From the NCBI RefSeq assembly GCF_009914755.1, contig NC_060937.1: a stretch of 64,000 nt of DNA; one strand, written 5' to 3'. Positions 42,201 through 54,014 of the stretch are shown piece by piece (the first letter of the stretch is position 1; each line of letters starts with the position of its first letter). The stretch comes from the human T2T-CHM13v2.0 reference genome, Homo sapiens. The notes under the pieces are model-generated. The model was not told the origin of the DNA and did no database searches. It saw only the letters and a program-made list of their open reading frames with translations. A program made the position numbers and the translations under genes.

Positions 42201-43659
42201 GAAAACAAAGTGTTTATAATCACCTAGGAAGCAACACTGGGGAAGTGGAGTGTTTTGCAAAATGATCTCAAATCATGGGTGCCTCTAACTAAACCCAATA
42301 GTGTATATAGTGAGCTTTGAGATCCCAGGTTGTAAAGTTAAAAATATAAATGAAAGACTTTGTGAGCTTATTGGATCCTAACATCTCAAGTGTCATAGAG
42401 ATATCTGAGTATAGCCGACTGTATCATTGGAGAGAAGGGATGAAGTTTGAAAATATAAACACAGGAGAGATTTTGCTATATGCTCATGCATCTGCTGTAT
42501 AATTTTTGCCCTTCAGATCATCACCCTTTCAGAATTTTATAGCATATCTTAATTCTTTGTGAACTTATCAATAAAATCTGTACTTAAATCTTTGGTATTG
42601 TATCTTTAGGAAGTAATTCTCACAACTTTGATTAAAAAGTAATGTTTACTTAAAAATTAGATGTATCATTGCAGAATAACATTTGGCAAGTGAAGTTATT
42701 AAAACAAATTAAAATTTTAGTGATCTCCATAATTTTATTATACAAGGTTTAAAATACGTATATCTTTGAAAATTAGAAGGCTCATAATCTGAGAGAGAGG
42801 GAAAAATTGTTTCTAGAAGTGATGCTTGGAAATTTTCACCAAATTAGATGTGTTTATAAAACAAACGTGAATAATTTCCATACGTATTTCCCTGTAGTTT
42901 TTGTGTCTAATTCTTACATTTTCATAGGTGGATGAGAGCACCTTACCAGTCTATAGATGATAGATTCAGACACTCTGCTTGGGATGATTTTATAGCTCCC
43001 TTTCTAAAGAAGCTCATGTTAAGTAGGTTAAAGAACATGTTTAATAAACACTCTTTGATGAACTCAGATGCCATTTTATAGAAGCCTTCAGTTATTTCAC
43101 TAATATTTAAGACAATGATTTTTTAGAACTATTTTAATCAAATGTTTAAAATGTTGAAGTCATGTGCTTAAGAAAGGAGATATTTTATGGAATAATTCAT
43201 GTCGATCTTCTTTATCAGGAGACTATTCCATTGACCTCAGGCAATACAGCATGTCTTGTGATTGTTTTCTAGTAAAAGCTATAACAGAACACTTAGCCCT
43301 CAACTCTCACTGACCTTACTTAAGGTCAATGACACATGAGTGAGGTGGTTAGCTGAAGCCAAGAATTCAGAAAATGTCTTGCTAAATATAAAGATATTTT
43401 CTCAGAATTAGTGAGCATACAACAGGATCAACATGTGGACAATGGTGTCATTAGCTTTCTTTAGGAGCTAAAGAAGGGATATTTTGTTCTGTGCTTAGTT
43501 TCTCTATGAAGACATCGTAGAACCACTGTGTTTTATTTCAGTGTAAGATATTTCTTATCTATGGTTGTTTTTCTCTTTAGTGAGCTCATAAACTTTTGAG
43601 CAATAAATTTTGCTTTTGTGATCCTCTCCTTTGAACTATAAGAGATTTAGTACCACTAT

Positions 43660-44700
43660 TTTGTTAGGGCAGCCCAATAGACTAACATAAGTTTTGGTAC
43701 TGAAAGGTGGGGTGTGGCTATACTTAAAAATGTGAAAGTGGCTTTGGAACTGAGTCATGGGCAGAGGCTGGAAGTGTTTTAAGGCTCATGCTAGAAAAAG
43801 CCATGGTTGCCATGAAGGAACAGTGACGGAAGCATGGATGTGCAGCACTGTTCACTATAGCAAAGACATGGAACCAGCCCAAATGCCCATCAATGATAGA
43901 TGGGATAAAGAAAACGTGGTACATATACACAACGGAATACTATGCAACCATAAAAAGAAATGAGATCATGTCCTTTGCAGGTACATGGATGAAGCTGGAA
44001 GCCATTATCCTCAGCAGACTAGCACAGGAATAGAAAACCAAACACCGCATGTTCTCACTCATAAGTAGGGGCTGAATAATGAGAACACACGGACACAGAG
44101 AAGGCAACAACACACACTGGGGCCTTTTGGGAGGTGGGGGAGGTGAGGAGAGGAAGAGTATCAGGACAAATGGCTGATGCATGCAGGGCTTAATACCTAG
44201 GCAATGGGTTGGTAGGCGCAGCAAACCAGCATGGCACACATTACCTATGTAAGAAATCTGCACATTCTGCACATGTATCCCAGAACATAAAATAAAATTT
44301 TAAAAAATGGCATGTGAAAGGTCATTCTGGTGAGGTCCTAGACAGAAATGACGTTATAGGAAACAGGAGAAAAGGCAACTCTTGTTACAAAGTGGCAAAG
44401 ATCTTGGCTAAATTGTGTTCTGCTATGTGGTGAAAGGTAGAACTTACAAATGATAAAATTATATATTTAGCAGATGAGATTTCTAAATAAGCTATTGGAA
44501 GTTTGTCTTAGTGCCTCCTTACTGCTTATAGTAAAATGCAAAGGAGAGAGGTGACTTGAAGAGGCAATTGTTAAGCATAAAGGAGCCAGAACTTGGACAT
44601 TTGGAAAATCCTTAGGCAGCCATAGAGCAAAAAATGGGAAAGTTTGTTCAGAAGAGAACACTGAGAGTGTAGCAAACAGCTATCTGATGGTGAGACTCTT
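43660..44700 (+). mobile_element. MaLR (MLT1/MST) LTR end plus 5' internal region, interrupted by L1PA
   Basis: 'gcagcccaatagactaacata|agttttggtactgaaaggtggggtgtggcta...gtggctttggaactgagtcatgggcagaggctggaag' and 'ttgttacaaagtggcaaagatcttggctaaattgtgttc'. Confidence 0.8.
43841..44308 (+). mobile_element. L1PA (older primate) 3' end, 5'-truncated
   Basis: 'gcagcactgttcactatagcaaagacatggaa...ggatgaagctggaagccattatcctcagc...ctgcacatgtatcccagaac' plus A-rich tail; degenerate TSD atgg(c)atgtg. Confidence 0.93.
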
Positions 44701-45744
44701 GGCAGCCTGAGCAGACTAATATGGTTATAAACACATTTATGCACCTTATAATTTAACTTCTTATAATCTCTTGGAATCCATGCTCTTCCATTTTCTGAAC
44801 TGTGATGTTATCATTGCCTCTAGTATTTTTCTTTTTGGAAATATCCCCTTAGTCCTTCAATGGTGATTCAGATATCTCTAGTATGAAGATTGTTGTTAAT
44901 GACAAGCTATATATTAATCAATAAACTAATTATTCATTCATTGATTCAAGTGTATATTTCATCCTTTTATTGTCAGCCACTGAGATAGACATTTTACCTT
45001 CAGTCTTCACAGCAACCCATGAAGGTATTCTGTAGTTGTGAGAAGACACATAGCTATTCAGACATAGAAGACAAGGATCTAATTCATGATCATTGGAAAA
45101 TGAAAATTTCTCCTCTTTCTACTTATGAAGACAGATGAAGGAAGAAGAAAAGTAAGGCTGACACTTCTATGTTTCAGCCAGTGCTTCTGTCTGCTCTGTG
45201 TGAAACTTGTGGATTTTTATTAATGCAAAGCCAGGCCCGAGTGGAATGTCAAATGTTCTGCCTAATAAAATGCAGGGAATGCAGGTTCTTGGAAAGATCT
45301 AAAGGGAAATAACTTAGGAGAATGAAAATCTGAGATTTTTTTTTTTTTTTTTTTTTTTAGGGGGGAGAGTTTGGGGAAGGACTCAACTATCACAGTAAGT
45401 AGGAGTCTGGAACCTACAAAAAATGTGACAAGTGAGGAATTTTCATAGTAAATGAAGGACTTGCAATGAGAGAGATGTATACTTTTCAATTTTGAGTTGT
45501 TTGTGTTGCTATCATTTTAAACCCTTGAATCACTTCGAACACTGTATGAATGGTTTATCGGGAGACCAAGGAATAAGGACTTTTTCCTTTTGAGAGTTAA
45601 TACAAAGCAGAAAATGGAGAAAAGGGTTGTCTGTCATCTTGGCTCCATGTGACATTTTCATGAAGACAGGTGATATACTTTATCGGAATCAGGGCATTGG
45701 AACCAGAAGTGACCGTTGCATGTGGAAGCTTTGGGACTACAGCA

Positions 45745-46155
45745 GCTTGTTAAGGCTGAGGTAGCAAAGTACCACAGAATAGGGGATGCAAACAACAGGA
45801 ATTTATTGTCTCAGAGTTCTGGAGGCTACAGAAGTCCAAGACCAAGGTGTTGGCAGGGTGGGTTCCTTCCAAGGACTGAGAGAGAAAGATTGGTTCCAGG
45901 CCTCTTTCCCTGAATTGCAGATGGCTATCTTCTCCGTGTTTTCCATTAACCTCTGCTCTCTATGTGTCTGTGTGCAAATATGCTCTTCTATCAGGACACA
46001 AGTCCCATTAGATTAGGGACCCAGCCATAATGACCTCGCTTTAACTTAATTATCTCTTTAAAAAGTTATGTTTTAAAATAAGGTTGCATCTTGAGGTACC
46101 AGGGATTAGGATGTCAGCATATAAACTTTGCAGGTACCCAACTCAGCTTATAATA
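45745..46155 (-). mobile_element. MLT1B/C-type MaLR LTR
   Basis: 'aaacaacaggaatttattgtctcagagttctggaggc...caaggtgttggcaggg...gattagggaccc...ttgaggtaccagggattagga'. Confidence 0.85.
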
Positions 46156-46382
46156 GAGATTTACAAAAATATTGGGATTGCTTTTCCTCTAGGAGATCAG
46201 AGAAAAATATTGATCCAATGTCTAGTCACAACAGATAAAGTGGCTTCCACACATATCTTGTTGCACAACCATTTTAAAGATTTACAAAATGACATTTAGT
46301 GAAATTAATTATATATGACCTAAGACTCACAGCTTATAACCTAAGACTACACATACACCAAGTTTATACACAAACTAAGACT

Positions 46383-46446
46383 TAGCTTTGACACAGGATT
46401 AGGCAAAGTCTGATGCCCAACTTTGTCTAATCTTGAGGCAAAGCTA
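46383..46446 (+). other. 64-nt near-perfect inverted repeat (27-bp stem, 10-nt loop) within a MIR remnant
   Basis: Arms 46383-46409 and 46420-46446 pair at 25 of 27 positions (23 Watson-Crick, 2 G:U) with no bulges. Confidence 0.85.
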
Positions 46447-47467
46447 GATTCAAACCCAGGTCTCTGATTCCAAAACTCTTGCACTGTCAAATCTATCATT
46501 CTTCCTCTAAGTCACATTCAGAAAGAAACATCCAATGTATGCATTTTAATATGTTTAAGCAACATTTACAACCATTATTAGAAGCTAATATATCCTCCAG
46601 TTACTTAAAGTTTTTGAATCAAGAACAAATTATAATAAGAAGCAATTTCATCCGGAGTAGTTTCTAGCAATAGTTTTGATCTCATAAAAAGTAAAGAGAT
46701 TTTACAAAAAAGAAAGGGAGCACTCTGTGAGTAGATACATGTCTTTAATTTTTATTCATTGCTAAAAGTATGACAGCACTTTGAATGTATGGCTTAAGAC
46801 ACATTTTAAAAATTTCAAAGAAGCAATGCTCTTATTATGTTCATTTTCATCTTAGCACTGACATTTATTATTGAAAATTTATAACAAAACTTAGTCATGA
46901 TAATATGAAGAGAACTGGTGCATTTCCAAATCACATTTATTCTCTCATAGCATTGTAAAGTTCTGTTACCTCAATCACAAATAACAGAAGATCCTGATTT
47001 AAGCCATGGATTAAAATTATAATCCATTAAGAGACAAATGAATGTAAATAAAGTAATATCAGGAACTTTATTTTCAGGGAATTTAATTCTTAAACAACAG
47101 TTCTTATACCGAGTTACCTGGAATTCTAGTTCTAGTAAACTTTAAGATCTGAAGACGTTAAGAGATTCTGTGTTCATTTATGCTTGGGAAATAAATGAAT
47201 AGAATTAAAAGGATTTCTTTACTGTAGTACTTATCAGAGGCCAAATTAAGTCACATTTTAAAAGTCTCCAAAAGGGTAATATGATATAGCACATGCTGCA
47301 AATAGATACAGTTATAAAACTCATAGAGTGAGGGTCATGCTACAGGGAGAAGATTTTTTTAGAATACTCTTTCAAAAACGATTCCAAACACATCACAAAG
47401 TAGTTTCAGAATCAATTCACTTCACGAAGTGTTTATTAAGGGCTCTTTGCATTCAAAATATCAGGCT

Positions 47468-47641
47468 TGGTGTTTGAAGTTTTAGTTTGAGAATAGGGTA
47501 GAAGTATTATGCATACACACGTAAATAAGATGGTGTATTTTTAGAGGTTTACTGGTGTTTGAAGGTGTTTAAAAGTTTGAGAAAAGGGCAGAATAATTAT
47601 GCATACAAACATAAATAAGATAGCTTATCAATAGAGGTTTA
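47468..47641. repeat. Diverged ~85-bp tandem duplication
   Basis: 'tggtgtttgaag...agtttgagaa.aggg.agaa..attatgcataca.ac.taaataagat...tagaggttta' occurs twice (47468-47551 and 47553-47641). Confidence 0.9.
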
Positions 47642-48494
47642 TTCCCCAGTGGATTCATTTACTCCTGTACATAACATTATTAAGCAATATTTATGAGCAG
47701 TTAAATGTCTTATACCTGCTATACTCATAGTGTAGTACATTGAAAATTATTGTTCACAATGATTGTCTTCAATCAAGGAAGAATCATAATAGAGAGAGAA
47801 AACTATTTCCTCTGCAGTTTTAACATTCAATGAACATTATTTTATGCTATTTGTTTTGTTTTGATTAAAGGAATAGAAAAAGCCAGCTAAAATGTTTATT
47901 GTTTACTAACCTATAATTGCATGCATTCATAAAAATAATGTGATATGCAAACATTTATTCATAGAAAATATTAAAAGAAATATATATGGAGATTATGATG
48001 TGTTAATTCAAATATTTAATAATGTTGAGCACAAATTTTCTACATATTTTGGCAACATCATAGCTTACTGCAGAAAATTCATTTTAGAGTTATCAAATAA
48101 AATGCTGATAGGTAATTTGCTCCAAAAAATGTTCTCAGGACAGCCTAATAACAAATTTTGCATAGCATTTAGCTAATGAAGCATTAACTATGTTCCATCG
48201 CTTTGCATTATTTTGAAAGTCAGAAGTATTTATGAACATTTATAAGGATGCCTTTTACATCTAGAAATTGATGTAGTAATGTAGTCATTGTAATTAGAGC
48301 TGTACTTTAACTTGGTGAAACGAAGAGGAACTAAAATATAGGAAATCAAACCTGAAAGGCACAAAGCAGCCACACAGAGCAAAAAGCAGTGGCCGGTAAA
48401 CCCTTCAAGCAAGAGCACTCCCTCAAGAAATGAAACCGATGGTTTTTACCTTGACTGAAAAGACTTCAGGAGGCACCATGATACCCCGGCAAAG

Positions 48495-48700
48495 ATCAAG
48501 AGTTTGAGATCCAAACAGCTTGGGTTTGTGTCCTTTGTCTACCAACCACTACATTTATGGACTTGGTCCAGTCATTTCATTTGTCTAAGTATAAAGGTCC
48601 TCATCTGAAAAATGAGAGCAATGATCTTTACTCTGTAGGGTTGGACAGATAAGCAAGGACTAATGTGTGCTTGGTACTCAGTGCAGAGACCAGTACACTA
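48495..48700 (+). mobile_element. MIR
   Basis: 'cttgggtttgtgtcctttgtctaccaaccact', 'cctcatctgaaaaatgag'. Confidence 0.6.
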
Positions 48701-48722
48701 GACTCTGCACTTGTATGCCTAC

Positions 48723-48784
48723 CATGGTATCTCTAAAAATGACCCAAATCTTGGTTCCGAATTAAAATATTATGCATTTTCCTA
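48723..48784 (+). repeat. 62-bp dispersed direct repeat, copy 1
   Basis: 57 of 62 identical to 51035-51096, ungapped. Confidence 0.92.
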
Positions 48785-51034
48785 CAAAAGAGGCAGTTTT
48801 TATTGCCAATAAAATAGTTTTAAATATCCCAAAAGAAGGTTGGAGAGAAGCATTTTCCCCCTAAAAGTTAGAATGAGTTTTTACCTCTAAATCAGAATAG
48901 AGATTACTTAAACTTACTGGGAAATTGTCTACATATTTCCTACTTTAAATTTCACTTTGTATGTGCTATTTCCTATACATGTGGACATTGTCTTTATATT
49001 TTCGTTGTTTGCAGAGGTTATTCATTGTCCTGGCTACCCACTGTCCTGTTTATAGTTAACAGAACTAAAATTTTGTAAAGGGGGAGTAAATCCTGTTCTC
49101 TACACAAGCAATCCAAAAACTGAATGCCTGGATGTAAAATATGTGTAGTGTAAATATGCTCTATTGGTTAGTGGCAGAAACAGATAAGATCTAGCCAAGA
49201 TTTTTATTAAGTAGCTTCATTAATTCGTGCATTCCTTGGAGAGCAGTATAGACAGCAAACCAAGAGTCAATTAAAGTCTACTCAAGCCACCTGAAATGAT
49301 CTGTCAGTCTGGGATCACCTCTTCATTTCTGTGCATTTCTCAGGCCATGTAAGCAGCTTGTGAAAATCTGGTGTGATTGACAACTATGAACTGTCAAAGA
49401 TATTAATGAGTATACTATCACGCAGCTGCCAACAGACCCTGTGTAAAAGAGAGCTGGAAAACACAGTTTTGCATCTACGAATTAGAGGGCATATTTGGTT
49501 TTAAAATTATCTTTGGCTAAAAGCATGTAAAGTATTTTAAACTAGCAAGGCATGAGAGGTGAGTCCGTTCTTCATATCATGCCAATACGTGATATGCAAT
49601 TTAGCAGTAAACATCCTAGGAAACTCTGCCCTTTATAAACCCACAAAAATTTGAAGTTCACACAGTCAGCTCAGTTTGAAAATATATCTATTATTCAAAA
49701 GTTTCAAGCAGAATACAGTTTTTTTCGTATCTACAGATATCAGGGCAAATATGCATTTAGTGCCTGAATTGCTTGAATAAAATACCTACTATTTTCTATT
49801 TTTCTGTGAGTACGTAGGCATGGATTTAGAGGGTCATCTCGGACATCACATTTTTACATACCTGCGCACACACGCACACACTATTGTCTGAATCAGTTTT
49901 CAGGAATTCTACTGAGAAAACAACCACGGGCATGGAGCCCCTGTAATATATATTTGAATGAAGCTCATAAGAAATAAGGATTTGGGTCTCACTCCTATGG
50001 GAGATATAAAGAGAACAGTACACTGACAGCATCCTTGTACTTAGCAGAGTGGATAAAAATGTGCATAAATTTACAACAAAACTATTTTCAGTTTGCACTG
50101 TAATATTTTCTCAGATTATTTATTTTTATTGCACTATGTATTAGACTTACAATAGGGTTCTGTGACCAACACGAGGTAATGGACAATGTCTGAGGAAATG
50201 GATAATGAGGATGAAGGTAACACACAGGTGCACTCATGCAATTGAACCATTTATTAAGTTTATTACCTTTTTTATTGCATTCACCCATACAAAAGCTACA
50301 TTGAAATGAGGGAAAAGTTCTAGTGCAGGCCAAAAGCAAAGAAATGCAGTGTTAAGGATGCACTTTTATTTTTGAATTGCCCCATTGGAGAGTATATATA
50401 GACATAAAACACAAATTTTATTTCTCCAAAATGAAAGAGGGGACTGGGAAATTGAATGAAATTACCTACACAAAAGATGAAGTATATTCTTGAATTCTAC
50501 AAAACTGAGCTACAGCATATGTCATTTAAAAATAAATAATGCGATCTACTTATGCTTGATGTGTGAGATCTATTACAAGGAACCCTATTTTATGTATTTT
50601 ATTAATTTAAAACAAAATGTCAGGAATAATTTCCTAAATGGCCTCCTGGCCTAAGTCAGGGTTCTGCAATGTACCACAAACGCCAAAATGACAGAAAAGG
50701 TGATTTTGAATGGCAGGGCCAGGGTGGCCTTAGGCAAAATATTGAAAAAAGGTGGATATCATTGTCCTCCCTCAAGCAACCCCATTAGCACAACACTTCT
50801 CCGTTCACGAAGCTGCCTGACCTCAACCCCAGGCCCTCATCCCAGATTCCAGGCAAGCCTCTGTAAAACTTCAGAAGTTCTTGAACCAGTACAGGTTGAA
50901 CTGAAGGCTTTTATTAGCAAGAAGTTGCCCACATCACAAATCTTCCTCACCTAAGGGCACCTTCCTGATGCCCATTTCAAATCCTGACCTGAATATTGAA
51001 CCCTTTACCTAAATCTGAATAAATGAAAACTAAG

Positions 51035-51096
51035 CATGGTATCTTTAAAAATGAGCCAACTCTTGGTTCAGAATTAAAATATGATGCATTTTCCTA
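51035..51096 (+). repeat. 62-bp dispersed direct repeat, copy 2
   Basis: 57 of 62 identical to 48723-48784. Confidence 0.92.
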
Positions 51097-52471
51097 AGGT
51101 TCTGTTTCAAGTACTGTGGTCCGAGCATGGCCCAATGGACAAATTGAAAAGTCAGTCCCCTCCTCTGGGAGGAACTATAGAGTGACTTCTACACAGAAGC
51201 TGTTCTATGAATTCAGCCTCTTTAAGTTCTGTGATCATCTCTGGGAGAAGTTACATTGAGCTCCTCCTCATGTCAATCTGCAATTGATTTCAGGTACTCA
51301 ATAACAGTATCATGCTATTTACAACTACTGTGGGTTCTTGATACATTTTTTTCATGTAATTTTTTCAGTTTTTTTCTGTTTTTCCTTTTTCCTGTAACAA
51401 CCAGTTGCATGTACACATCATTTAGTACATATATAATACACACAAATTCACCTTGACATAATTGTTTTTATATGAGGGACCTTTTCTATGTACTTGTAGC
51501 TGATCCCGTGCCTTGGAAAACCAGCTCGTCCATGTCTACAGTTTTACCAATCACCTCTTCTAATTCTTAAAATGCAAGAGGCATCCCTCACACAAATTTT
51601 ATTCTTTATTTCTAAACATCTATCCTTCTCACATGAATATGAAAGAAAGTTCTCTTTTATTACTTTTTTAACATTTGTCTTTTTTTTCTGTAGAATATTG
51701 TTTTTATCGTCTTTACTTTCTTAATTTTGAGTAGACAAAGGGTGAAAAATAACCAACTGTTTGTTACAGACCCTAGCTAGGTGGCTGGCTGAGTTAAACA
51801 TCCCTGACTTTAAGAATTGAGGTACAAAGTTTGTGATCGGTGAAAAGGGACCAATTTCCATTTCTATATTCATGCATTCTTTAATGTTTCATAGTAAACA
51901 TAAAATGAAAAGCCTAAAATGTAAGGCTTTTGTGGGTGGTTTCACAGTGGTTTGCTAATGGCAGTTTGAAAACTGGCACTCTTGACAGGTCAGGACAAGT
52001 TTATAGGTCTATATGGGATTGTGAAAACAAATTTCATTCCCCTTTAATCAGGACACAGTTGTCAGTTGGGTTCAGTAAGGGTCTGGCCAATCGGGTCACT
52101 CACAGTCTCTCAATCATCACAGAATTAGTTGGTTAGGATGGCTGCTGTGAAACCCGGCTTCCTGTTATCTCCTAGGCAGTGCTGCTCACTGATGCTAGAA
52201 AGGCATGGTAAGAAAAAAAAATTTAGTGAAAGAGAATTTAATACCAAATTGTTGAACCTAAAATATCTTATAACATTTAAGTTCTTTTCCTGATTTCTGA
52301 AAAAAAAAAAAAGCATTGCAAGAGCTTGAAAAATATAAAAAAAATAGAGAAAATGCATCAACTTCACCTGTTATTCTACCTCCATTGATGACTATTGTTA
52401 TCAGTGCATTGTATATCTTCCAGTTTATATAAATAGAAACATACTAATCTGTTATTTATATTATATTATAA

Positions 52472-52846
<375 letters not shown>

Positions 52847-52949
52847 TTGTTTTATCATCTATTTTAGTTTATCTACATAGTTTAGACATTTCAGAATATG
52901 TTTAAATACTCAGCAACAAGACTTTCAATAGCTACACAATATCCCAGAT

Positions 52950-54014
52950 CATGGGTTCATAAACTAAAGCCCATGAGCCTACCCAGCCTGCCACCTGTTT
53001 TAGTAAGGCCTATAGAGTAAGAGTGATTCTTAGAGATGAATATTTGCAATTGATCTGATGAGGAGGAACACTACATTTGGACCTTAATTGAAGAAAATGC
53101 TATCCCACAAAAAACAAACAAACAAACAAACAACAACAACAACAAAAACACTCCATTCTTTTCACTGGTAGACCTGTGATATTAACAGTAAGAATTCCAA
53201 AGGCATTCCCAGTTTTGGGTTATTCCATCAAACACTATTGTAGGTACTACCAGCAAGGAACTTTGCACATAGAATTAAAGATACTAAGCTGACCTTAGGA
53301 CAGGGACATTACCACTGGGTTATTCAAGTGGTGCAGATGTCATCATGAGAGCTTTTCAAAGCAGAGGGGTCATTTATACACAGTCACGGAAGAGGAGATG
53401 GGAAATGAGCAGAAGGGGAGGAAAGAGAGATTTGAAAGCACGAGAGGGACTCAGCTTCCATTGCTGACTTTAAGGATGGAGGAAGAGGCTTGTGAGTCTC
53501 TAAAAGCTAAAATGACCCCAGGCTGGCCTGCAGCTGGCAGGAGAATGGGGACTTCAGTCCTACAATCGCAATGAAGTAAATCCTGTCAAAAACCATGATG
53601 ACATGAAAGCAAATTCCCCACTAGAGGTTCAGGAAGAGAACACAGCCATGCTGACCCCTTGAGGTCTTGATGTCTGCCTTGTAAAACCTAGTGCAAAGAA
53701 ACAGCTGAGAAACATGGTACCCTCTGGACCTACATGATGGTAAAAAATTAAACAGGTATTGTGGTAAGGCATTAATTCAAGGTAACTTCTTACAGCAGCA
53801 ATAGAAAACTAATACAAAACCCATACTATTTCAAAAAATGCTTGATTATTATTATATTTTCAATTTTATTAAATATATGTGCAAAATTGCTTTCTGTTTT
53901 GTTATATAATAGAATTGTCTACAGAACTAATTATAGTTTCCTCTTGACACACAAAGCCTAAACAATTTGTGATTTGTTATCTGGTTCTTTATAGAAAAAG
54001 TTTGCCAACTCCTG
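52950..54014. mobile_element. MER33-type hAT DNA transposon split by an MLT1 LTR
   Basis: 'gatgaatatttgcaattgatctgatg...ccattcttttcactggtagacc' resumes after the LTR and ends 'aaagcctaaa...tttatagaaaaagtttgccaactcctg'. Confidence 0.75.
53175..53816 (+). mobile_element. MLT1D/E/F-type MaLR LTR
   Basis: TG...CA termini, 'aaggaatggggacttcagtcctacaa'-like motif, end 'cagcagcaatagaaaactaataca'; TSD agacc/aaacc. Confidence 0.85.
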
